Positions 1 to 11,490 of a stretch of DNA of 64,000 nucleotides are shown here, in pieces; the stretch's first letter is position 1; the number at the start of each line of letters is the position of its first letter. The stretch spans positions 56,854,001-56,918,000 of the forward strand of contig OZ024743.1 in the NCBI GenBank assembly GCA_964016885.1, written 5' to 3'. The position numbers and the translations under genes were made by a program. The DNA comes from Eledone cirrhosa. Taxonomy: Eukaryota. The notes beneath the pieces are model-generated. The model worked only from the letters and a program-made list of their open reading frames with translations, made no database searches and was not told the DNA's origin.

Positions 1-1070
1 AGTGGTTGATGACTAAATATAATACATCACAACCTCTCTTGTGCTGGTGCTTAAATAAAATGCACTAAGTACATTCTGTAAAGTGGTTGATGACTAAACA
101 GAGTACATCACAACCTCTTTTGTGCTAGTGCTGAAATAAAAGGCACCCAGTACACTCTGTAAAATGATTGGCAATCGAAGGGAGATAATATAAGGTAAAG
201 AGGACTCTTCAATGTGGTCAAATATAGATGACAATTCTCTTGTGCTGGTGTTATGATAAAATGCAACCAGTGCAATCAGTTAAGTGGTTGGCGATTTAAC
301 GAAGGCAATACAAGGTAGAGAGGATTCTTTAGTTTGGTTGAGGATATGACAGCCTTACTAGTGGTGGTGCCATGATAAAATGCACTCAGTGCACTCTGTC
401 AAATACTTGATGATTGGATGGAGACAATATAGGTTAAAGAAAACTCTTCACTCTGGCCTTGCACATGACAACTTCTCTAATGATTGGTTCTTGATAAAAT
501 GCAGCTCGTACACTCTGTAAAGTGGTTGGCACTGGGAAAGGCATTCCGTCACAGAAACCATGCCAAATATGGAACAGATGAGCTAGACATTTTTTTTGAT
601 TAGTCTTGTCTCAGACTGTGATGACCCATCCAACCCATGCCATCACAGCCACATTCTCATCCTCATAATCATTCTATGTTTTTCCATGCATGCATGGATC
701 AGGATAGGTCCTTTCCAGTAGTATCTCTCTAGTCATTGTCTTCCTTTACTGTAACTTCCTTTTACTGAGATCTCTTGGCACTTCTACACCCAATGATGAT
801 GATGATGATGATGATCATCACCGTTTTACGTCCATTCTTCCATGCTAGCACGGACGTAAAACGGTGATGATGATGATGATGATGATGATCATTGGGTGTA
901 GAAGTGCCAAGAGATCTCAGTAAAAGGAAGTTATCATCCATATGTATTGCATGTTTATACCAGTGCAATCATCTCTCTTGTACACTACATCTAATTCATC
1001 AGTGCTCTACTGTTCATGCACACTAACATTGTACCTCTTCACATACATACACAGACAGAGAGAGGCTTAC

Positions 1071-1193
1071 CTTAACAGCAACTTCAGATTCATGTTCTCG
1101 GAAGTCTACATAAGACATTATTTCAGCCATAATAAACCCTTTCTCAAAGTCAGTATGGATTTTTCCAGCAGCCTGGGGTGCTTTGGTATTTTT
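1071..1193 (-). CDS. OLA1: OLA1 coding exon 10 ([41 protein letters not shown]); terminal exon lies left of the window
   Basis: [21 protein letters not shown] signature; TAG/GTAAG boundaries; 123 nt. Confidence 0.98.
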
Positions 1194-2111
1194 CTACAAA
1201 AACACATTGAAACACAAAATAGAATTTATCAAATGATAATACATCCTCTTCAGTGAAGAGTATTAACAAATAGATAGACTCTTGATTGCAATTCTACATA
1301 GTGGTAGACGTTATTTGGACACAATATAACCAATGTGCCAAAGATAGATTAACTCTTAATGTCCTGTACTAAACGAAACTACATTAGCAAGATATTCTTG
1401 AAAAGCATAAAACAGCTTCAACATTAAAAATGAAAGCCTTTGCTCTAATGCTGCAGATTTTCATAAAGATCTGTCCAAAAATAAAGATACTATAAACATT
1501 TAAATTAATAAACCTGTTTTGGGATTTACTTCTAAATAATTACAAAGTGTTAAGGATGGGTTTTAGTAAGAATGTAAATAAAGTTTTAAAAATTGATTAT
1601 TTAACATTTTCCATGACCACATTTCTAATGAAATGCATTCAATTTTAATTAATAGAGAATTTTGAGGGTTTTACTAAAATTATTAATTATTTCATTACTA
1701 AAAGTAACTTAATGTAAGGTTCTTAAACAAAATTATGCTGGAATAATAGATGATTTTGGTATTGAATTTATTTATTACATCAAGATATCAACAGTTAGCT
1801 ACTCTCTCTATTATACCTCCAGCTAGTCAACCAGCTACACTGTGTTGAAACCTCTAGCATGTCAGCCAGCAGGACTGTGTATTGGAGCTTCCAACATGTA
1901 GTCAGACAACAAGAAAGCTCCAATATATAATAAGACAACAAGAAACCTCCAAAATGTAGTAAGACAACAAGAAACCTCCAACATGTCAGCCTGAAGCACT
2001 GTGTATTGAAGCTTCCAACATGTCAACCAACTATATTAAGAACTGAAACCTCCAACATGTAGTAAAACAAGAAACCCCAAACATGTAGTAAGAGAACAAG
2101 AATCAACTTAC

Positions 2112-2208
2112 CTGTATCGTCCATGCTTTGACTTCATCTTTACCAGAGGTGAAGAAGTAAATAAGTTGTAATATCTTGTAACCTTGAACAATAATCTTTT
2201 CAAGTGCA
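2112..2208 (-). CDS. OLA1: OLA1 coding exon 9 ([33 protein letters not shown])
   Basis: YFFTxGxDEVxAWTI marks the start of the TGS domain; CAG/GTAAG boundaries; 97 nt. Confidence 0.97.
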
Positions 2209-2821
2209 CTGTTGAAGGAACAGAAAATTAAGAAGATAGGTCAATGCAACTGGAAAAATAACACCTCATATATATATATATATCATCATCATCACCATTT
2301 AATGTCCATTTTCCACACCAGCATGGGTTAAATGGGTTGTCCTGCTGTGAGACAAGTCAGATCAGATGATTGTGTGTTGCTCACATAGAACCATGTCTGG
2401 CATGGTTTCTACAGCTGGATTCCCTTCCTAATGCCAATCACATTTACAGTGTGAACTGGGTGACTTTTAAAATAACCGTGGCCATATATATATGAATGCA
2501 TGTATAGTATATATGGCAATGTACTGTACGTTTAATTAAAAACATTTTGAAGACCATTCGCTATGAGTTTTAAAGTAGTGACTATGTCACTTACTTATTC
2601 TCAGCAAAAACAACATTGTTTTTGCCGAGAATAAGTAAGTGACATAGTTACTACTTTAAAACTCATAGCGAATGGTCTTCAAAATGTTTTTAATTAAACG
2701 AACAGTATATTGCCAAAGATACTATACATGCATTCATGTATACATCGCTATTTCAGAGCACCAATACTAATATATATAATAAATTAAGAGTGAATAATCA
2801 ATTTAGACTTATAACATAATT

Positions 2822-2910
2822 TTACTCTACATGTTTCAATGTATAACAGCTAGCCATACCTCAATATACATTGAGCATTAGTCTGCTGGTCTACATATCT
2901 TCAGGAATAC
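2822..2910 (-). ncRNA. Hammerhead ribozyme motif with extended stem II, on the OLA1 sense strand in an intron
   Basis: TATTC-CTGAAGA-T-ATGTA...CTCAAT gtat ATTGAG...TACAT-T-GAAA-CATGT-A-GAGTA: palindromic stem III ACATGT and GUA cleavage triplet. Confidence 0.68.
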
Positions 2911-4289
2911 AAAGCTTGGCATAAGATATCAACATAAAAACATGCACCCAGCACTCACTGTAAATGAGGTTGGTGTTAGGAAGGGCATCCAGCTGTAGAA
3001 ATCAAGCCAGAATCAGTTCCCATCCCACCCTTGCAAGCAAGGAAAAGCGGACGTAAAAATGATGATGATGATGATGTGTGTGATATATAAATAAATATTT
3101 GGAAATGTGGGACTATCAAATACAGAAAATAACTGTAATAGTTGATCACGATAAAGAGCTGGCAGCTGTGGCTACTGGCCACTTCTTTTTCTGTCTACTA
3201 TTAGATATAGCAATTGCCTGTTGTTTCACTTGTTTTCTACATTTGGGATTCTTACATTTTCAAATTACCCAATGCTGCAATAATTCATTTATGGCATTTA
3301 TAGTCCTTTCCTCTACAGCCAGATCTGCCCTTCTTTACTCCCTTCCCCCCTTTTTTCATTACTTAATTAAAAAAAAATTTTTTTAAAAATATTTCCACCA
3401 TAGTATAACTTCAGTTTGTAAAATATAGTTGACATTCTTTATATAAGGGTTGAAATAAAAAAAAACATTATAAAGTTTATTTACTTCTGGCTATGCTCTG
3501 TTTAGTATAATTTTCTAAAAATAGACAGAAGGGCCAGTCACTCCTTAGCCTAAAGGTAATGCATTCATACAGTATTCAAGAGATAGGTGTTTGATTCTCT
3601 GTAGATGCACAGGTCACTTTTTTTTTCTGTCTCTAGGGTTATTTTACAAATGATGGTGATGATGATGATACTCTACCTTGTGTGTCACCACCTCCTACCT
3701 TAATGGATAATTAGATATTAAATATATGTTCTTTCATTGAAATAGTGGTTCTTAGAGACACAAGACACTCATTTGCAATCCCAGGTTTTCTCAATTCCTC
3801 CCCCATCTCAAATTGTCATCTAATAATTCTTCACCCAAGCACCATATTAGCATGAGCAAATCTTTTCAAACCTCAATAAGAGTATAGTTACTAATGGGAT
3901 TAAGTTTGAAGCAGCATTATTTTTGTGAACTGTTAATTTAAGATTACCCTTATTGTAAGAGTCCTCCCCGATTCCATCCTTGGTAAAAATTCATTCCTTG
4001 GGAATCACGCACCTCCTGTTCATGAATCACTGGTTTGGAGGAAGGGGCTGTATACATGAACTTGCAGAACTCTTAAGACTAATGAGATTGATGTTGTTGA
4101 TGTTTAATTTAAATCGTTAAAGGTGTAACTTCTGCAAGGAAGACATATTATCAGAGAAAGAATTCCAAAGGACAACATTCGGGGAAGGAAGGACTGGGAA
4201 AAGTGGTTAATGTGAGGACCTGATTGTTGGACACAATATGGGTGATTAGAGTAGGTGAGGTGAATGAGATGAGCATGCTTTTACCACAA

Positions 4290-7262
4290 TAATATCAGCT
4301 TATGCACCGCAATCGGGGTTGCCAGACGAACTTAAGGATAGGTTTTACGAGTCCCTAATGCACACTACTACTCTAACAAACGACAATGACTTCCTAATTA
4401 TCGCAGGAGATTTTAACGGACACGTAGGTAAACACTGCGACGGCTTCAATAGAGTCCATGGAGGCCATGGGGTTGGCACAAGAAATGAGGAAGGATTCAG
4501 ACTTCTAGAATTCTGCGACGCCAATGACATGTCGATATGTAACACAAACTTCAAAAAACCCGACAACCACCTTATCACCTATAGATCAGGGGAGCATTCT
4601 AGTCAGATATATTTTATCCTCATCAGAGGACGTGACAGATGGACGGTCGTAAACACAAAAGCCTTCCCTAGTAAGGAATGTACATCCCAACATAGCTTAG
4701 TTGTCAGCGACCTCACAGTCAGAACTAGACGAACCTGGAAACAGAGGCCAACCTGGAGAAGAAAGATCTGGAAGCTGAAAGACCCCTCAACCAGTAACAG
4801 ATTTAAAGATATTTTACTTAACGCCGACGACAGTAAAGAAGAACAGATAGAGACATTCAATGTAGAAGAGAACTGGGAGTTGCTAAAAAATAACTTACTA
4901 GAGGCGACGGATGAGGTCTGTGGCTGGAGTAAGACCACAAGCAGGAGGAGAGTGACTTGGTGGTGGAACAATAAGGTAGATGAGGCAGTTAAGGCCAAGA
5001 GACAGGCATGGAAAGAATGGAAGAACGGGGGGAGCAGGGTACATTACATAGAGACCAAGAGGGAAGCTAGGTGACAAGTATACTTAGCTAGGAGGGAAGC
5101 ATGTTTTGCAACGTGAGGACCAGAAACAGGAGGTGTTCAAGATTGCGAGGCAGTGTGTCAGAGAGAATTGTGATGTCATTGGAGAGAAGTGTATCCGGAA
5201 TGATAAAGGTGAGCTTGCCCTCACAAGTGCTGAGAAGAAAGATGCATGGAAGAGTCATTATGATAGATTACTAAATGAGGAGAATGCATGGGAAGAAGAG
5301 ACCCTATAGAGGGGCCAGCAGTACAAGTCAGCAGCAGCGTAGTAAGGAAATCAAAGATATGCAGATGGGGAAGGCAACCGGTCCATCGGGTATAGCTGCC
5401 GAGATGCTGAAGGCATCTGGGTCTGTAGGTAACATTATAACCACACGTATTGTTAACCAGGTAATACTAGAAGGTGTCATACCAAAAGATTGGTGCAGTA
5501 GCATCATTGTCAACTGCTACAAAGGTAAAGGTGATGCACCAGATAGAGGAAACTATAGAGGTATAAAGCTGATGGACCAGGTCATGAAAGTAACAGAAAG
5601 AGTTATAGCACAGTTGATTAGGGACCGGGTGAAACTAGACGAGATGCAATTTGGGTTTGTAGCAGGAAGAGGCACCACTGATGCCCTCTTCCTTGTCAGG
5701 CAGTTACAGGAAAAGTACCTAGTTAAAAGTAAGCCACTCTACCTGGCATTTGTCGATCTTGAGAAAGCCTTTGACAGAGTTCCACGTGCTGTAATCTGGT
5801 GGGCTCTTAGAAAACTAGGAGTAGATGAATGGCTTGTGAAAGCTGTACAAGCCATGTATAGGGGAGCAGTCAGTAAAGTTAGGATTAGCAATGAGTATAG
5901 CGAGGAATTTAGCGTACAGGTTGGGGTCCACCAGGGCTCTGTTCTTAGCCCCCTCCTGTTCATCATAGTCCTGCAGGCAATAACGGAGGAGTTTAAGACC
6001 GGATGCCCATGGGAACTCCTGTATGCTGATGACCTCGCATTTATAGCTGAATCTATGGTAGAACTAGAGAAGAAATTCCAAACTTGGAAGCAGGGACTAG
6101 AAAGAAAGGGTCTCAAAGTCAACATGACAAAGACTAAGGTCCTTGTAAGTAGATGAGAAAACAGAACCCAGATCCCCTCAGGGAAATGGCCTTGCTCAGT
6201 ATGTAGGAAAGGTGTAGGTAGGAACTCCATTCTCTGCCCCAAATGCAAACAATGGGTACACAAGAGATGTAGCGGGATCTCAGGAAGCTTAATTAAGAAT
6301 GTAGGCTTCACATGCAGCAGCTGTGCTGGGACAGCAAGCAGCAAACAGCCACAGTAAACAAGTACCACCAATCTCTGGGAGGGCTCTGTAGAAACAGTAG
6401 ACAACTTCTGCTACCTAGGTGACCGAATTAGCAGCAGAGGTGGGTGTTCAGAAAGTACAATAACTAGGGTAAAAACGGGATGGAAGAAGTTTAGGGAACT
6501 ACTACCACTGCTAGCTGCAAAAGGCTTCTCCCTCAAAATGAAAGGCAGACTGTATGATGCGTGTATCCGAACAGCGATGTTGCATGGTAGTGAGACCTGG
6601 GCGCTGAAGGTGGAAGACTTACGTAGATTAGAGAGAAACGAAGCCTGCATGCTCCGATGGATGTGTAATAGTAATATACGCGAACGACAAAGCATAAATG
6701 AATTGAGAGAGAGACTGAGCATAAGAGGAATCAAATGCTGTGTGCAGGAGAGGCGGTTGCGTTGGTATGGACATGTGATGCGTATGAAGGATGACAGCTG
6801 CATAAAAAGGTGCAGAGCACTAGAAGTCGATGGAAACCGCGGAGTGGGGAGACCCAAGATGAGGTAATAAAAGCCGACCTTACCCAATTACACCTCTCAA
6901 ACGACCGTGACCTCTGGCGTCACCCAGTAATACAGAGTACCCGACCTCCCATGGGTACAAGCCGAAGCATATAGACAATATGCCCCCACACCCCCCACTG
7001 CAAGGTGGTCGTGGAGGTGCCACAGCAAAAAAGCACCCAGCCCACACTGTAAAGTGGACGTGTAGGCGCCACGAAAAAGCACCCAGCACTCACTGTAAAT
7101 GAGGTTGGTGTTAGGAAAGGCATCCAGCTGTAGAAATCAAGCCAAATCAGTTCCTGTATGAGCAAGGCATGGTCAGCCGACCAGACACTGCCCACAACAG
7201 GACAACCCGTCTAACCCATGCTAGCGTGGAAGAACGGACGTAAAACGGTGATGATGATGATG
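4290..7262 (+). mobile_element. 5'-truncated, degenerate RTE-clade LINE (APE endonuclease + RT + PHD-like zinc finger), antisense within an OLA1 intron
   Basis: APE motifs (SAYAPQ, GDFNGHVG, SQH), RT motifs (QFGF, FVDLEKAFD, GVHQGSVLSP, YADD), CSVC...CPKC..WVH..C finger, RRLRWYGHV and an (ATG)n tail. Interrupted by stops and frameshifts near 5072, 5300 and 6154. Confidence 0.95.
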
Positions 7263-7379
7263 CTTGAGTTCACCCAGTTTGGATTCTTTTCCTCAGGAAC
7301 CAATTGCTTCCCATCTGAGAATCACTGCATTAGAAACTCAATGGTAGAAGTCTTCAGTAGTGTTGCAGTAAGTACTTAC

Positions 7380-7520
7380 CTAGTGGTTCCAGCTTCTTTC
7401 AGATATCTCTCTCTTTCCTCTTCATCCATATCAAATAATTTCATCTCTAAAGCACAACTGAATGGTATGAGTAGGGCACCATTATCATGGCTATCTATCC
7501 ATGCTTTCAGCTTGGGGAGC
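7380..7520 (-). CDS. OLA1: OLA1 coding exon 8 ([48 protein letters not shown])
   Basis: Inside ORF 7376..7630; GAxxIPFS motif; AAG/GTAAG boundaries; 141 nt. Confidence 0.96.
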
Positions 7521-8883
7521 CTTTCAACAGAACAACAGAAGAATGAAAACACCAAATAACAAAGAACTAAACAGTAATTACCACACACCATACTGTTATT
7601 CATATTATCACTCACAACACTGATACACATCTAAACCTAACAATGACACCAGTTCAAATACTGTCACATCTCTATACCTAACAATATATTACTAGTTACA
7701 ACACTGTCATATACCTAAATCTAATAATATATTATGAGTCACAACAGTCACATACCTAAATCTAACAATATATTATCAGTCAAAACACTGTCACACACCT
7801 AAATCTAACAATATATTACCAGTCACAACACTGTCGTATACCTAAATCCAACACTGTCACAAATCTGAAGTAATGTTAACCTGTCACATATCTAAAATCT
7901 AAGCTTAATATTATCAGTCACAAAACTAACACATCCAAACCAACCAGTCACAATATTGTCATATATCAAAACAATACATTACAAGTCACAACATTGTCAC
8001 ATATCAATACAATACATTACCAGTCACAACATTGTCACACAGTCAAAGAATACATTATCAGTCATAACATTGTCACATATCTAGTTTCTAGTCCTGTAAC
8101 TCCTGATGGAGTTGTAGGGGCGCCACAGCTCAACTCTTAACATTCTGCAACAATTTAGAAGAAAATGTAATCCTTAACATTCTGTAATAATTTAGCAGAA
8201 AATATCTAAAAATGGCTTGTTTATTCAAATGTTTATAGTATCTTTACTAATGGACAAATTGTTGTGAACATTTAAATTATTAGAGTAAAGACGATTCTAT
8301 GGGCGTGTGGTGAGCATGTCTGAGGAAAGAATCGCTGGACAGGAGACCCAGAGTAAGATGAATAGATAATATCCATGACCTGCGCTGGTCTTGCCTAGGG
8401 ATCCAGCCAAATCAGTTACCGATTTTTTAACCCCTATATATACTCTCAGATCCCAAATAAGAGGGGTGGAGGTTGGAAAAAAAATATCTCACTTGTTAAA
8501 ATATAATCTGTGTAAGGGACATAATTCTGTTTACCTTTGTCTGTGTAACAAACAAGGACCTCTCCTAAACCAAGTGATACCAAACTGCCTGAAACCGGTC
8601 CTGGCTCTTCGATAATGTTCCATCATAATTTTATGGAAAAATCTTTGTTAAGTTATAAGTAACACCAGCTTCATATTGAGAAAATTAGTTATATTACTAA
8701 ATCTTTTGAAATTCATTATATATAAAATACATTTGAAATTCATAAGCAGTGTATTTCATTAGAAATATGGTAATGAAGGGGTTGTTAAAGTGTCTATATT
8801 TTTCTAAAAAAAAAACTTGTCATAAATTTATAGATCATAACTATGATTATATGTGAAAAAAATATACAAACAGATAGACATAC

Positions 8884-8981
8884 CATTTGTTTTTCTTGCG
8901 TGTATAATCCTTTTCAGATAGGTTAACCAAGTATATAACTGGTTTAGCTGTCAGTAAGAGATGCTTGTTTAAAACTTCAAG
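8884..8981 (-). CDS. OLA1: OLA1 coding exon 7 ([33 protein letters not shown])
   Basis: ATP-specific G4 variant NLSE; CAG/GTATG boundaries; 98 nt. Confidence 0.97.
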
Positions 8982-9701
8982 CTGTTCACAAAATAAAGAG
9001 TCTTAAATATATAAATCATTTCAGATGCCATTGTAAGAAATGTTGTTATAGAAAGTATATGGATATATAGTGAGACATGATGAAATGTAACTAATACATT
9101 CTGTAAATTGGTTGGTGTTAGGAAGAGCACCGAGCCATAGAAACCATGCCAAATAAGTAGAAAGGACTCTTCAGTTATGACAACCTCTAGTATTGGTGTC
9201 AATAAAACACACCAAGACACCAAGTACATTCTGTAAAATAGTTGGTGTTAGGAATGGCATCCAGCTATAGAAACCATACCAAAAGGTGTTGCGATGACTC
9301 TTCAGTTATCTCAAGGACAGGACAACCTTCCTAATACTGGTGCCAGAATAAAATGCACCCAGTACACCCTGTAAAATGATTGGTGATAGAAAGGCATGCA
9401 TCTGTAAAAAAATATACCAAAACTCGAAAGTATGTAAATAAAATGTGGCCCTGACCCATCAGGTTGGACAGTAACTCCGAATAAGTACTGACTTAGTTTG
9501 TGATGACCTTTCTAACCCATGTCAGCATGATAATGATGATGCATAATACCCCAGCACACTGACTGGAACTATTATTGATGTATAGGAAGGGCATCCAGCC
9601 GTAGAAACTATGCCAAAATATGATCTCTCAGACCTGTCTAACCCTGGATCATGACAGCTCATCCAACTCATGCCAGTATGGAAAGAGGACATAATATAAC
9701 A

Positions 9702-9736
<35 letters not shown>

Positions 9737-9756
9737 AGTGAAAGATTACAACTCAC

Positions 9757-9831
9757 ATCTTTTGTATCCCATAGTATTTTCCTTGGTAACTGGTTATTTT
9801 CTAAATGTTCTAAAACCTTCATGAGGGTATC
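9757..9831 (-). CDS. OLA1: OLA1 coding exon 6 (DTLMKVLEHLENNQLPRKILWDTKD)
   Basis: 75-nt phase-0/0 exon with CAG/GTGAG boundaries. It fills the gap between exons 5 and 7 and aligns loosely to D-x-x-x-KV...W-x-x-K-E of the coiled-coil region. Confidence 0.88.
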
Positions 9832-10991
9832 CTGGCAAAAATTTTAATTTAAATAAAATAATTACATTTTCCTCTCTCTTGAAAAATTTTGGTTTTAACT
9901 CTTCATATTCTGTAATGATTTAGCAGAACATATCTAAAATAGGTCTGTTAATTCCAATGCTTGTAGCATCTTTACTGATAGATAGAACATTGTGAAAATT
10001 TGCTTTATCAGAGTAAAGGTTCTAATTTTTCAACCCTTTCATAACAATATTTCTAATGAAAGACACTGCCTTTAATTTTCAAATAATTTTGTATGTAATC
10101 AGTAATTTGGAAGGATTTAGTAATATAATTAAGTTTCTCATTATTAAGCTGATACTTGGAGCATAAAGTAACAAAGCTTCTTAGATAAAATTATGATGGA
10201 AAGTTTTTTAGATGAACAAAAACAGTTTTAAATAAATATCTCACTATTATAAAACCAGCAGTGGTTTGGTATCAAACAGGTTAATGTGATACAGTCATAA
10301 TGTTTTATACTTTTCAAGATTTTTTTGCTAATGTAGTTTGTTAATCGAAATGTTTATAGTATCTTTACTGGTGGACAGATTGTTTTGCAGTATTTGTGTA
10401 AAGACTTCAATTTTCAACATAATGCAGTCACAGTGCTGTTTTGTACTTCTCAAGAATGTCTTGCTAATGCAGTTTTATGTGGCACATGACATTAAGAGTT
10501 AATAAAAATGTTTTTAGCATCTTTACTCATGGAGAGACCATTCTGAAAATCTGCAGTATTACTGTAAAGAGTTCAATTTTTAATGTGATGCAGTTGCAGT
10601 GTTGTTTTGCTAATGTGGTTTCATGTAGTGTAGAATATTAACCATTAAGTTACCAATCCAGCCAAAACTGGCTCTGGTTCTATGAAATAAAACCACCTAT
10701 TTTAAAGGTTTCCAATTTAAATAAAAATCTGCTAACATAATTTTATACAAGAACCTTACATTAAGTTACTATCTTAGTAATGAAATGATAAAATAATTTT
10801 AGTAAATCCTTCAAAATTCTACATTAATTAAAATAGAGTGATTTCATTAGAAATGCGGTTATGAAAGGGTTAAGAGTTAATTCAAATGTTTATATTGTTT
10901 TTACTAGTGTAAAGAATTTAATTTTTAATGTCATGCAGTACAGTTAAATAAAATATTTTTTACAATAAATCATCCCAGGAAACAAACCTAC

Positions 10992-11167
10992 ATATTCTGG
11001 CTTCCTTTTCTTATCAGATCCCCTCAGCACTGTCCGTTCTAAACTCTCAATTTGTTTTCTCAAATAATCCAAGTCTTTAAAGCGCAGTTCGTCATGAATA
11101 ATGTCGAGATCACGTACAGGATCAACCTCTCCTTCAACATGTACGATACTCTCCTCATCAAAGACCC
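10992..11167 (-). CDS. OLA1: OLA1 coding exon 5 (RVFDEESIVHVEGEVDPVRDLDIIHDELRFKD...KRKPEY)
   Basis: Inside ORF 10944..11402; HVEGxVDPxRD motif; TAG/GTAGG boundaries; 176 nt. Confidence 0.97.
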
Positions 11168-11292
11168 CTAAAAAGAAAACACAGCCATTTAACCCTTCCG
11201 TTATCATATTTTGAATGAAATACATTGTATCTTTTATATTGAAGCCATAGTATATTTCATGTAAAATTTCAGTCAGATTGGAAAGGGGATGG

Positions 11293-11353
<61 letters not shown>

Positions 11354-11490
11354 GGTGAGGTGGCAGCTGCAACATCGAAAATGTTTTTTTAATCATGGAC
11401 AATTATGTTATTTGAGTGTACACACACGTGTGTATGTATGTGTATATATTATATATATAAACGTTTAAAATGTCATATATATACTTGGTG

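Noticed and set aside
5739-6887. Long antisense ORFs (221 and 158 aa)
   Set aside because: Shadow frames of the RTE ORF.
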